From Pocillopora damicornis (taxonomy: Eukaryota): 64,000 nt of DNA. Below the pieces are notes generated by a model. It did no database searches, was not told the origin of the DNA, and saw only the letters and a program-made list of their open reading frames with translations. How positions within the stretch are numbered: position 1 is the first letter of the stretch; the number at the start of each line of letters is the position of its first letter. Below are positions 49,573-62,188 of this stretch, in pieces. A program made the position numbers and the translations under genes. The stretch covers positions 1 to 64,000 of the forward strand of contig NW_020844871.1 of assembly GCF_003704095.1 (NCBI RefSeq), given 5' to 3'.

Positions 49573-50835
49573 ATGTCAGAACTTGAAAGAGAAGAAATCG
49601 ACTCCTGTCATTCAGAAGTCAAAATGATAGACGGAAGCCAGTCATCATTACAGACAGTTTTAGTCACAGTCAGCATCGAGAAGCCCGCAGCTAAAAATAT
49701 TAAACGAGTGCGTTTCAACAGCTTGGTCGAAGTCAAATTTATTCCTAAATGCAAGAGTGAAAAAAAGAGAAAGGAAAAATCGCAAAAAGAAGGCAAAGAA
49801 AAGACTGAGTGCTTCAAAGCTACCACAAAGAAAACAGATCATGAAACCCAGGCTCGTAGAAAAGATGTTGATGTTAAGGGTGAGTTGGACCTTTGTGCGC
49901 AGAAGGTTACCATCGCAACAGAAACTTCTTCTAAGATTGAAATGAGGGACTCGTCCACGATGAAAACTCCTCAAAGTTTTGAAGAAAACGCCGAGACGGG
50001 ATTAAATCTAGACAAGAAACGAAGTGCTGCGACGGCGAAACGCGTGTTAAACCGGAAAACCACAAATAAGAAGACAAAAGCTGGTAGAGGCTTGACTCGG
50101 CTGAATGGCTGTGCTGTTAAATCGCGAGTGACAGTTCGTGAGAGTTACGCAACAAATAAAGTAACGCTCGGTGGTGATTATAACGGGAAAACTTTACGAT
50201 TAAGTCCAACTACTTTTTCAGTTGCATCAAACATTCATTTTAGCGAGTCTCCAGCTCGGAATACCAAGAGAAAGAACATCCAAGAATTTGGATCCGACAG
50301 GGAACTTTGGCGATTGGAAAAACAAACTGCGAAGTTTTGCGAGGAAGCTGCAGCACTGATTGCTCAGGTGACAGAAAATACCGCTGACTTGCAATCACAT
50401 TTGAAAGTTCCACCAAATACTGCCCACCTGGGTGGAAATCACGGACAAACTTTTCCAACAGAACACATCAAGGCTAGTTTTAGAAAACCATCAAATGTCC
50501 AAGATCTTTCTCCGTTCGGGAAAACCGCTAGTCGAGATATATTTAGCACAACATGTAAGCCAGTCACCAGGTTGCCGTACATTAAGCACAAGAAACAGCA
50601 GAGCATCGAGGGGCTGCGCCAGAGGTCGTACTCTGAACTCTGCTTGCCTCAGTTCCTGTTGTATGACGGGAAAACCACGAGGAGTTCACTTGATGCAACG
50701 AATGATTCCAAAGGAGTTGGCACTGTTAAGAAAGCATCTGGTAAATTTGAGCTATTGCCTAGCCCGGAAGAGGCCAGTAATGGTAACATTGTCATCCACT
50801 ATTCGTATGGAGCCACAAAGAAGCTGGAATGCTGA
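49573..50835 (+). CDS. Uncharacterised 420-aa, probably disordered protein with an RVxF-type motif
   Basis: Long uninterrupted ATG ORF containing KRVRFNSLVEVKFIP. A possible 5'UTR intron lies at 48965-49447 (GTAAGG...tttttactgcAG). Confidence 0.7.
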   Translation: MSELEREEIDSCHSEVKMIDGSQSSLQTVLVTVSIEKPAAKNIKRVRFNSLVEVKFIPKCKSEKKRKEKSQKEGKEKTECFKATTKKTDHETQARRKDVDVKGELDLCAQKVTIATETSSKIEMRDSSTMKTPQSFEENAETGLNLDKKRSAATAKRVLNRKTTNKKTKAGRGLTRLNGCAVKSRVTVRESYATNKVTLGGDYNGKTLRLSPTTFSVASNIHFSESPARNTKRKNIQEFGSDRELWRLEKQTAKFCEEAAALIAQVTENTADLQSHLKVPPNTAHLGGNHGQTFPTEHIKASFRKPSNVQDLSPFGKTASRDIFSTTCKPVTRLPYIKHKKQQSIEGLRQRSYSELCLPQFLLYDGKTTRSSLDATNDSKGVGTVKKASGKFELLPSPEEASNGNIVIHYSYGATKKLEC

Positions 50836-53480
50836 TTTTAAGGAATTAACCTGTGCGTCACCGACACAGCGGTCAAACGTTGGGCATGCACGAGGGGATG
50901 AATTCTGGCCTACCGTGCGCGAATTTCCCGCGCAAAACTTCCGTTAAAAAAATAAGAAACAAACGTTAGCTCGCAAAATAAGAAAAAGAAACTTGAAGTT
51001 TTGGTATAAATCTGCAAAAGGGAACAAAAATAGGAAAAAAAACTCGAGAATTTTCGAGAACAAAGCTTATTTAACTACAGGTATCCTGCTGATTTACCAT
51101 TCTCTTTTGAGGTTTATAAAATTGGTTTTAACAGCCTGAAAGCACTTTATCTAGACATTTCAACGTTTGCATATGTGCAGAAGTTTGACCGCTGTGTTTA
51201 CATAGCGGACACAGCGGTAAAATGGGTGCGTATGCTCCGCCACTAGAGCGATTTAAGGACCAATAGAGCGTCTAGGGTTACCGTTATGCCTCTTCTGAAA
51301 ACAAGGCTGACGCGAGTTTTTCCGCCGAGACGACAAATTTAACTTTTCTCCAGGGGGCCTGCCTACTCAGGGAGCAATGACAAGAAGCGCTGAAGCGATA
51401 AAAGGTGATACAAACTTTGTACCCCTGATACGGATGATCTACATCAGTCGCTAAATTAATACCTGTTACCGCAATAGTTTTTTGTTGAGTGAGATACGTG
51501 ACGGAGGAGCTTCGACAGAAACTTCTCTGAGAACGGCAATCTTATCTTTTTTCGTTTGAGCTCATCCCCTGCCTTACAAATGGAAACAAACAAAACAATG
51601 GGAATTTTAAAAATACCGCCATTGTGCTGTAATAGTCTTGCTATGTAAATCTTGTCGTTACCATTCCTTTGCGCACGTAAAATTTCCCTCGCATTATAAG
51701 CATGGATACTCATTTGTCGTTGTGTCGTTAGTGTTACCTAATATTGGATAGAACGCATGCGCATAAAACAGTTATGACTGGAGATTACCAATTGAACGAT
51801 TTTTTACAAAAATTAATCTTCAGTTCGCTTTACCTTCGAAACTGAAAAAAAAAGTTCATATTTAAATTTGTTGTCAAACAACTTTGATTTTAAGGCTGTT
51901 TAGCAGAACGTGAATGCGACGCATAGGTGCACGATGCTTGAACAGTCGGTGATACAAAGATATATCTATTCCTTTGGAAGATTTTTATATCTAGAACGTT
52001 TACGAAAACCGTATGCTGGTATATTTAATAAAATCATTCAGTTTTGCTAAAAAATTCTGCAATTGCTGTTGTATTTGGTTATTCAAGAAGAATCGACGGA
52101 AGCCAAAAGTGTAAGCAAACGATTGAGAAAAGTTTGAGCGTTCTTCAGACTTAAACTCAGCGCGGGCCCATTCAGTAGTCTCTAATCTGTGATACTGTTC
52201 AAATTGGCACACTGGCCACGTAGTATTTTTCCAGCGGCAATATCAAGTGCGTGCCTTAATATAGAAGTCGCTATTGAGGTGAAAAAAATAATGTAGAGTG
52301 GAAGATAGACGTTGGGGTAATGACTGAAAAAGGTCTGCAATCTTCTTTTAACTACAGTTGATCGAGAGGGATTAAAGAGCCTTAGCCGTTTCGCCTTCCG
52401 CTCGCTCTTATAGAGTAGCTCCTTATCGGTAAAACAACAAACACGAGTTCTGACTGATTTAATATATTTGTCGTCCGCTTTTACAATATTATAAAGCACT
52501 TCCTTTTTCGCTGGAAAGAGTTTCGCCTCAAAAAATGCCGACCAAAAGATCAACAATTTCATCAGCGAAAGGCTGCAAGATAAAAAAAAAATTGAATGTA
52601 GATCGAAATCTCTTACAAAATACAGACCGTTTTAATTCCATTTGCTTTCATCAAGTTACAAAATCCAACCCTACCGCATTTCTAATATCTGTTCACGTGA
52701 TGCAAACGTGCAGATGGGGGTGAGTGGCTTTGTTTGCGCTTGTGCCAAACCAACCGTGAGATTGGAACAGGTTACTGAGGTGGTGTGTACGTGACGGGGA
52801 ATGATCACGATAGCTACTCGCTTGTCCTGTCATTTAAGTGAGCATACGGGAAGCCCCAGCGATCGAGAGCTTTAGTTTTCGCATGTCGTTAATACTTCTT
52901 GCCGTGTAAGAAAACCTCTACAGAGTTGCGGGAAACTTGGTAAGACTCGTGCGCCTCTACCTCTCATCTTTCTCTCTTTGATTTCAGTCAGCTTAGCGCA
53001 GGGCGCTCTGTACACCATTGTGATTATTGCTAGCTTTTATTTTAAGTGATAACCCTTTTTCAAACTCCGCTATAAGATTAAAAATTAAAGCGCCCACCCC
53101 AGAACGTGCTGCGTCTCCATCGGCTGGTGTTGCCTGATACAATCGCGTGATTATTGTTATGTCCGTGTAAACTGTGTTTTTCGTGGCGAATTCTTTAAAT
53201 TCTTCATTTAGTCCCCAATTAAGATACTATTCAAAAGGAGCCCAAAAAGTAACGACCACCTTGAAGCTTAAGAAATGATGATGCAATAAAACACGAGCCA
53301 AACGACATTCTTTCTCCTTTTCAATTTTAAGGCTTAATAGACTCTCGAGCTTCTATCGATAGCTAAAGAACTCCCACTCCACCCTAATGACAATTAGTTT
53401 CGTAGGGCAAGCCTGCTCCAATCCTAAAAACAGATTTTGTAAATTGGATACTGGAGCAACTTGAAAGCCTTCAGCGATCT

Positions 53481-53617
53481 CTGTGGCTCAGTGGAAAGGC
53501 ATCGGAGCGCGGAATCCGAAGGTCTGAGGTTCGGGGACTCAGAATTTTTTCTTTGCTTCACACAGCTGACAAAACGTAGAACATTTTTCTCATTTTCTTT
53601 ACTGAGCTCAAAAACTT
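53481..53617 (+). mobile_element. tRNA-derived SINE
   Basis: A-box tggctcagtgg and partial B-box ggttcg, followed by a non-tRNA body (ggggactcagaatttttt...gagctcaaaaactt). Confidence 0.6.
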
Positions 53618-53858
53618 GCCCTCAGAAATGTTGAAAAACGGTGACCAAGTCGCTGCAACATTTTCAAAGTTTCTTTTCCCTTCATTTCTTGACTCCATGT
53701 ACTGGTTATTTTTGTAGGTTTGATACACAGTCCAACGGAGAGGCTATGAGAAGTGGGAAAGATATCAACTGGAGGGTAGTGCTGCTATCAGTGTCACAAA
53801 GATTCTCAAGGCCAGTGAACTGAAAAATTTGTAGTCATCAGATAAGAAAACTGAGAGA

Positions 53859-53962
53859 CGCGGTGGCCTAGCGGTTAGCGAGATAAACTCCCAGACATAA
53901 GGGTACAGGTTCGAAACATAGGTTCATAGTGTAATATTCTCGGGGAAGACATTTTACTCTCA
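53859..53962 (+). mobile_element. tRNA-derived SINE (second family), truncated by a gap
   Basis: A-box tggcctagcggttagcg and B-box ggttcgaaac, then ...tctcggggaagacattttactctca. Confidence 0.6.
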
Positions 53963-56900
53963 NNNNNNNNNNNNNNNNNNNNNNNNNNNNNNNNNNNNNN
54001 NNNNNNNNNNNNNNNNNNNNNNNNNNNNNNNNNNNNNNNNNNNNNNNNNNNNNNNNNNNNNNCTCGGAGTTCGCAAAGTAAAAACGCCTAAAAACTCAGT
54101 GAAAAACTCGGTGCAGAAACACCCGAGGACTAGGTGAGTATGCAAAAAAATGAATCATTTATATCATATCTTTGCGCTTATTTCTATACAATTGGTCTCG
54201 TTAGGCGATTGAACTGGCCTGTGCGTGTACTATACTTACAAGTTAGGAAAAAGTTTGGCAGACCACATGTCTCGATAGGTTATTTAAAGAACAGAGGGGG
54301 TGAGTTTCTGAAGAAACTGTGGCGCTGCGTCGTTGGGGTATTAAAAGATAATCTAGTTTATCAACTGAGTTGATAATGCAGATCGACTTCCGTTAAGAGT
54401 TTCGGGCTGAAGTTTCGAAAGTCGGCCCTTCGTCAGCCCTTTTGTCATCTGAGTTGATAAATCTAAAGTTCGCAAAGAATATAAAATGAGCTTCGGTCGC
54501 TACGTTCTACCAACCAAACGCATGAAAATGTACGCCGCAGTCTCTACGATAATATAAACAGAAGCGCTTTCAGATGCCCGACGGTGATTTATCGTAGAAA
54601 ATATTTCATTTCACCACCCCTTATCGGAGTATTAATCAGTTTTGCAGATCATTAATGAAGTTTACAGAATGACAACTGAAATTCACCTATGTTGTAGTTC
54701 TCAAATCGATATATATTTTACCTCTACGTCAATTATTTTGTTTGTTTAGCTTGGTCCGCGCCGATAGGAAAGTCCCTCGCCTAAACGACATTCTAGAGAG
54801 TGCCAAAACGACCAAAACATACTGTTAACGCTGACGCCCTCCTAACATTGTGCCTCGGGCATGATACATAGATAAACTATGGGAGTCACGCGAAGTAACT
54901 GAAAGAAAGAACACCCTCTATAAAAGAAAAAAAGTAATTTCAGTTGTGCTTTTGCTTTGCCTTTTCACGTCTGGCGTAAGTAAACCCATTTGCTCTACAG
55001 AATGGATTTTTTTTTTTCAATTCAGGCACAATTCTGGACACTTGCTTGTTCGATGTAAATGGGTGATTTCTTTTTTCTTCGAATTCTAGAATAATTTGCT
55101 TGCAAGGCGTTTCATACGCGCGCTTTAGGCAGTTGTTCGCGGGCGCTAGCACGATATTACTCGTGCTTTGTTAGACTGGACATTTGTCTTTTAATGATAC
55201 GCCGAACTTTGTTTCAAACAAAAAACCTGCCAAATTGTACAACGGGTGAAAGCAAGATTCTTGCTCTTTAAACGAGACAAAGAAAACTAATAAAAAACCC
55301 AGCGGGAAGACTACGTCGGACTAATTTGCTCTACAGAAATTCAATCTGCATTTTGAATATCTTTTGGTAACTCTTTTCCGAAGGGCAATTGAAGTTACAG
55401 AGATTTTGTTGGTCTAACATTAAAGACTGGTAGCAAAAGAAAACAAGAATGTCGGCTTAAATTCTATATCTAGAACTGCACACTGGGTATCGCCATTGAG
55501 AAAGGGTTATTTTATTGTCTGTTTTCCTATCTAAAAAACTTGTTCAGACAGGGCCTCCCCGTTTGATCTTTGTTTAGTCTGAGGTCATAAAAGGGAAAAA
55601 ATAACCTCGAAAGTCTGCACGCAATGGATCGAGACGAAAACTTTTTTTAGTTTCTTCTGGGTGTCGAAAGCTGATAGCCACTCGTCGCAGTCAGTGTTCA
55701 TTTGCTACCAATCAAAATCATCCGTAAGCGTAGAGCTTCGTTGAATTTGACCTGGAAGAGCGAAATAATCCAAAAAGGAACATACAGTATTTCCTTTCTG
55801 GTTTCCTGAAGGAATTACTTGAGATGTCATCGGCAGCTTTCGCCTGCTGAATCCTGCATGCAGCGTCCCACCATCATGTCAATTCAAGTCGTATGCGCTT
55901 TGCTGAGCACGAATTTGTAAAAAGTCATATTGACATTTTAGGTTAATGGCAAATGTATTCTTCAAACATATTTGAACAGTTCGTAATGGGAGCTGATTGC
56001 GGTTAGCGGCAATATTTATATTGTTTCAAGCGATGAGTGGAAAACGGTGAGACAATATTTGTACAAACGTTTAGTTCATTTAACGATGCCAATTTGCTAA
56101 TTTCAAGGCAATTAGTTTGGGGCCATTTTTATGCATGGAAACTTTTAAATTCAGATTGACTGAAAATTCTGATAATCCCCAAATGAAGCCTAAATATGGT
56201 CCGTTTTTAACACGCTTTGAGCTTTTCCTTGATCTTAAACTTCTTTTCCTCTTGGAGATGACAGAAATTTTACGCTTAAGTTAAAAAACCTTAATTTCAT
56301 AAACTGAATCTTACCTCGATTTTCACAACTTGTTACTGAGATTGGGAACGAAATTAATCTTTTTGTTTCTCAGTAATAAGGCTCTTTCACTCTTGATCCA
56401 AAATTAAAACAAACTTAGAACAACATCATTTGAATTAGAAAATGCAATACGATATCATGTAATCACTGCATGACGTAAGAGTTTCGAAAAAGTATCGGTC
56501 GAGATGTGTTTTGATCGAATATTGTTTGAGTTCATCCCCCGAAACTGTTCCATACAGAATTTTCATCACGATTCTCAAGATTAGTATTAAAAGTTCAAAT
56601 TATTCTTATAAGATTGCGAAGTGTTGATGAAAATTCGCCTCCCGCAGGTTTTTTTAACATTGTCAACAATACACCTTTACATAAACAAAAGCGGTCCAAC
56701 ACGGCCGGAGGGTAAATTTGGACCAATGACAAAACGAGTTACGTGGACTCTCAAGGAACATCGCGCGAGCGTTCCATATCACTCGGTTAACACATGTAAA
56801 TTAAATCACTCTTGCGGTTTGCTCCGATCTGCTTCAGTTATTCTCGCGGAAAAGGGCTTTGTTCGTTGAGTACATCAATGCATTATAGGCCTCTCTCGAA

Positions 56901-57246
56901 ACTCGTAGGATAATCTGCGGCGACTTAGCGAATTTTCAGTCTACAATTGTCGACGACAGGTAAGCCCGTAATGTTGTACTACAAGTGTCGTTTCTTTGCG
57001 CCACCGAAAACCGTTTTGTCTCAAGAATTGAGACTGCGCCGTTAATTGATTTTCTTTTCCGAGGATTTTAATACGCCTTTGTTCTGCTCTGAAAGGAATA
57101 CAAACTGAGGTATATTATGCGATAATTCAAGTTTAGAAAAGTGAGATTAACTGTTGCCTGATCGATATATGCTCTCTCTTTCTCTCAACAGAATCGCGGC
57201 TTGAATGAATGGTTCGAGACTCCGATGAACTTTCAAGATCTTTATT

Positions 57247-58425
57247 ATGAGTGCAGTATTTCATCAAGCGGTGCTCGATGGCGACACGACAAAAGTAAAG
57301 TTTATATTGAAATATGGGCAAGGAATACGGGTGAATCAGCCGAATAAGTATGGACTAACCGCATTGCAGCAAGCTTGTACAGATGGAAATTTAGCTTTAG
57401 CAAACTTTCTCTTAGAGCGAGGGGCGGATTTGAGTTTTGTGGATTCAGAAGGCCGCACGGCGCTACATCTCGCCTCAGAACAAGGCCATTTGGACATTGT
57501 TAGCTTGTTAGTGAATTCAGCTTGCGCCGATGTAAATGCAAGAAACGGAAATGGGCAAAAAGCGGTCGATGTTGCGAAAAGCGATCAAGTGCGAGCCCTA
57601 CTTTCGCAAGCGATACTGTCCGAAAGTTTCAAGCAGAAATGTTCAGTCACCTATGGCTTAGACGAGGGTGCAGGTTACAACTTTAAAAATGTACCAGGCT
57701 GGAGGTATTCTATTTCGAGCACGTCTACAGACTCTGGTGTGTCTGAGGATTCTAGTTACAGCCACGATAGTGGTAACGATTCCAGATACTCCAGTAGACA
57801 TTACCCTGCTGTAAGCTGTAATTACAGCAATACGGAGCAAACTGATCATTACGCTTCTGGTGAATGTTCACCGCGCTTTTACCGTGACCAGAGATTTGAT
57901 AAAGAAGAGTTTATTTACGCCCGGCGAGTCGAGGAACCCGCTAATCACGCTATGCTGGCAAAAAGTCACTCATTCAACGGCGGCCGACACGAGTATGTTG
58001 TGAAACCAGGTAACGCGAGAAGAACAGAAGGAAAGCAGAGCAGGGGGTTTTGTGGCGATGAATCACCAGCGCAGTATCGAAGGCAACATAAACTTCGTAA
58101 AGACCCGACAAGGCGAAAAACGGTTACTTTTGGCGAAAGCGAATCGTACACCATCGCCCCTCGTGAAGAACAACGGTATCTGAAGAGCTGTTCTCTCACA
58201 CGGCCGCCAATTTCAAGTAGTAATCGGCAGCCTTTGCCCGAATCTTGGCGACACGCCACAACTACTGAGGCGAAAGCTTACAGTAGTCGCTCGATCTATC
58301 GAGAAGGCAGTGTAACTAACGACCTCGAAAAACATCAATCCGAGGACAAAATTGAAAATCCTCGCAAAGAGGGAAAATTAAAAAAGCACATTCTACCTGG
58401 CTTCTTAGAAAAATACGTTCATTAG
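57247..58425 (+). CDS. Ankyrin-repeat protein, MYPT/PPP1R12-PPP1R27-like N-terminus with a disordered C-terminus, 392 aa
   Basis: Ankyrin consensus in GLTALQQAC...LLERGAD...GRTALHLASEQGHLDIVSLLV...DVNARN. The CDS is a single coding exon. A probable 5'UTR intron lies at 56960-57191 (GTAAGC...ctctcaacAG). Confidence 0.85.
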   Translation: MSAVFHQAVLDGDTTKVKFILKYGQGIRVNQPNKYGLTALQQACTDGNLALANFLLERGADLSFVDSEGRTALHLASEQGHLDIVSLLVNSACADVNARNGNGQKAVDVAKSDQVRALLSQAILSESFKQKCSVTYGLDEGAGYNFKNVPGWRYSISSTSTDSGVSEDSSYSHDSGNDSRYSSRHYPAVSCNYSNTEQTDHYASGECSPRFYRDQRFDKEEFIYARRVEEPANHAMLAKSHSFNGGRHEYVVKPGNARRTEGKQSRGFCGDESPAQYRRQHKLRKDPTRRKTVTFGESESYTIAPREEQRYLKSCSLTRPPISSSNRQPLPESWRHATTTEAKAYSSRSIYREGSVTNDLEKHQSEDKIENPRKEGKLKKHILPGFLEKYVH

Positions 58426-61400
58426 ACATCCACACATGTTGTTCGAAATGCATAAATTATGCACGAAGCGTCCACAAGTTCTAATTTATCAGCTTTGATA
58501 TTTTGCTCGGAAAATGATCTTTTTTGCCCAGGGAAAAACGTTGTACATAGTTGATCTCGAAGACATATGGTATATTGTACAATAATCTGAGGAAACTATA
58601 TATATATATTGTTATATTTTCCGACATGATCATAATTCATTGAATTTTGATATTTTAAATTTCGTAGTTTGGAATTTAAATCCTCGATGATACATATCTA
58701 TTTATATGAGTGATATAGACATTATGTATCCAGCCGTACATTTATTTAATAATTTCCAACTTTTAATTATTTCAGTAGGTTTATCGTCGATTTTCATTTA
58801 TTGAATCGTTTTTTTTCCTTCCCTTTTTTGGGCTATTTATGAAATTTATCTAATATTCCTCATTCGTACCTTGTTGTATATCTTTGAGGTGTTAACGTAA
58901 CTTTTAATTTCATTCAATAACAATACTTTTAGAATCCTACTCTAGTATAGTTGTATTTTTATTTTAGAATCAATGGCGTTTCGACTTGTTTCTGTCGCAA
59001 AAATAAATGCATAACCGTGATATTCAAGGTTTTGCAAATGAATGATTTATTTTGATGCGTATTACGGTACTCTGCTGTTTTGGCTACCAAACCACAACTA
59101 ATAGAACTATCAGTCGATTTGGAGTCGCTCCAGAGAAATTTCTAGTATAATTTTGTTTCCCTTTTGATGTCATTTCTACATTTTTTGTTCCTGTTTTGCT
59201 TTTAGGCGCTCTTTTTTTTTTAAATAACCAGCGAAAGAGTTGAAATTTGTCATAGAAATACTCAACTCTTTTCGTTAGAGCCACACCATATCGTTCTAAC
59301 CTTAGTAGCTAACTACTAGTCTGGTTACAACTGCGCTAGAAAGTAAAAACCGGCCTTCGTTTTCATGCAACTAAACTGATTTTTAACCTGTAAACCAACT
59401 ATCTCTGAGTCATTTTCTTAAATCAAGTTAGTGAACCTTGGGATTGTGCATTTTAGTCTTACTTTGTGGCAAGTTTTTCTCGTTTCGATAAGCCTGAGTT
59501 GAAAAGAGTGACCGCGTTCATGCATGGCCAAATTTTCTCACGAGTCCAAAGTTTCAAGGGTGTTTACTTCGCTTCGTTTCCTGTGTTTTATGCAAATAAA
59601 TTTGAAGACAAAGAGAACTCTCTTTGATTAATCGCGAAAGCAAACATTCCTTTCCGCCTTAAATTTACCGACAGAAAATAAATGAACTAAACAAACTGAC
59701 GCGGTTTGCCTTCTTTGATCAAAACAGCCGCTGCTGATAAGCTCAAGTCTAGTTTTACCATAAAAGCATTCTGGTGATAAAAGTGTTTTATCATATGATC
59801 CAGACCTGATACTCTTATCGGCTAACTCTCCTATCATGTGAAACTGTGCGCCTTACTCTTGCAGCTTCTAGAATTTTTAAAACATTATTCAACAAAGTGA
59901 TGACGAAATATAAACTTATCGGCTATAGGGTGGTGTCTTCAATCAATAAAAACAAGAAATGTCCAATTTACTCGAGAGTAAATGAAGAATGCGCAATAGC
60001 CAATTGCTAATTACATTTTTTGGACTTGACCAAAAGGGCTCAGGATAGTTACAAGGTATCTTGTTTTGCATATAAACCAAAGTGAAAAAAAATCTGTCGC
60101 GTTAATGTTGGTGGGTGGATTGGCCATTCAGGCCTCTACACTCCACTGCCCTCTTGAGTCGTCTTCCGATCTTTACTCGTGATAGATCCTTGACTGCATC
60201 AAAAGGGAAAGCCATTTGAAGTAAAGAAAGAAATTACGTAATAGCCGGCACTGATTAGCTGCGCACTTTTTCGTGACATTGAACTGTGCAACCCGTGTGT
60301 TCCGCAGCATGCGATTTTCATCTTGGTCACGATCTTGACGTTATTTATAGCTCTTGCTTTAAAAATACTTCAGTTTACGTTTACAGAACCGCTGGAGTAC
60401 CCGCTTGCGAACTTGTTTAAACATATAAATTGCATTTACACAGCGCATTCTCCATATCATTAGGGTCTAATGCGCTGTGCAACAATCTGCGGGGGACTTT
60501 ATTGAGTAATTTACACTTTTTTAAAAGAAATTTTGTAGGTACTGTACATCCCCAATTTGGGACTTTTTGAAAACAACATCAGACCACCCTACCGTAAAAT
60601 ACGTTCCTCACTCTCAGCGTCCTCTGCTTACCAGAAGAGAGAAGGTGCAAGAGACGCAGCCTACGGATTACCATTCTTATCCGAGAAGGTTAGAACGTCT
60701 GACCACTTGCAGATGTCATAGCAACAGGTGCACCCTCTCCTCAGTTATTTTAATTAGGACTCGGAGTGTTGGTCCGGTCAGGGGATGTACTGGCAATCTA
60801 GCGCTGTAAAACCTTAGCTAACCAAAATGCGGTTTGGTGTCCTGCTGTGTAATCGTTTGATCGGTCGTGGAGTAAAATTTAAATCGGGCGAGAGTTTCCG
60901 GCGGGGAAAGACTGGGGCAGACCCTCGCGCCCATCGCCTCTGTTACCGACCCAGATCTCCTTCTTACGCACGATACAGTTTGGAATTTAGTTCTGTTTAT
61001 AGCTGTCCAATCAGATGTTAAGTTAGGAAAGAAAGAAATAACTACGCACATGAGAAAATCATCAACTCTCGTTTCCTTTCTTTAACATAATCCATCAATC
61101 TTGTTTTTGTGAGGTGTCGAATGCAATCTCTGAGACTGCTCGAAAATGTGCCGGCCGTCGCAAATCGTTGATAGAACTGACTTTGAGCTCTGTGCCGCTG
61201 AATTGGCTTGAATCTCTGAGAAGTGGTTTAAGGATAATCACCTCGATTATAAAATGTTCTTCATCGCTGAAAAATTGATCCAACATACTATAGTAACCAT
61301 AGAGAGGAAGCTAATTTTAGGCTCGTGTCATGTAAGATTAGGGAGAGGTGGTCGGGGCTGAATTCAACTAAGGAAGTTTCCAAACAAATTAAAAAATAAA

Positions 61401-62188
61401 CAGACATTTACAAAAGTAAAGGACAGGAGGCCAAACAAACCAAGTAATAAAAAGAATGACCACATTTATGGTACGTTTATATTCACCACTTTGGTAAATG
61501 ATACTTTTAGCCCCAAACGTACTGTCTTACTTGTGGAACAAAGAAACAGACTCGTACCCAGTCGTTACTTGTTTTTTCTACCTACAGAGGAGTCTGGGAA
61601 GAATATCGGGGTGCGCCTTAGAAGGAGGGAGATGTAACGCGAGCTCGCCAAATCCCTCCCATCTGACAAAGTGATCTGTTTTTAAAAATATGATTTTCCC
61701 CAATTAGAAAGAATATATAAATAATTAAGTGCAACGATCAAGGAAGATCAGTTGATGAAAACCAAAAAATTGGACAGTTAATCGTTCTTCGATACTACTA
61801 AATATATACTGTACCTTTTACCGTTTAGAGAATATATCAGTGCTTCCAAAGAAGTAGATAGTTCAGTTTCAAATTCAAACTTTCCCCAACAATCATCGTT
61901 TCACAGTAACCATGACTGATATTTTATTCATTTTGTGGAAACCGCAAGAAAATCAGTTGCTATAGTACTCAGAAATAAGTAATGAATAAAAACGCCGAGG
62001 GACTCTTGATCAAAGAACAAACAAAATCGCCTCAATCGATCGGAAAGTAAGCTTCGCCCTTCAGCTGAATTTCATCGACCACCCAGATAATACCTTTACA
62101 CAAAGAGTTCGTTTTGTAGTTCTTGTCTTTGTAAATGTGAAAACAAAGCAGTAAATCGTTGCATGAACTTTATCTGAAAGGACAAGAC

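Noticed and set aside
53481-53962. Functional tRNA genes
   Set aside because: A/B boxes are present, but there is no complete cloverleaf and both continue into SINE-type bodies.
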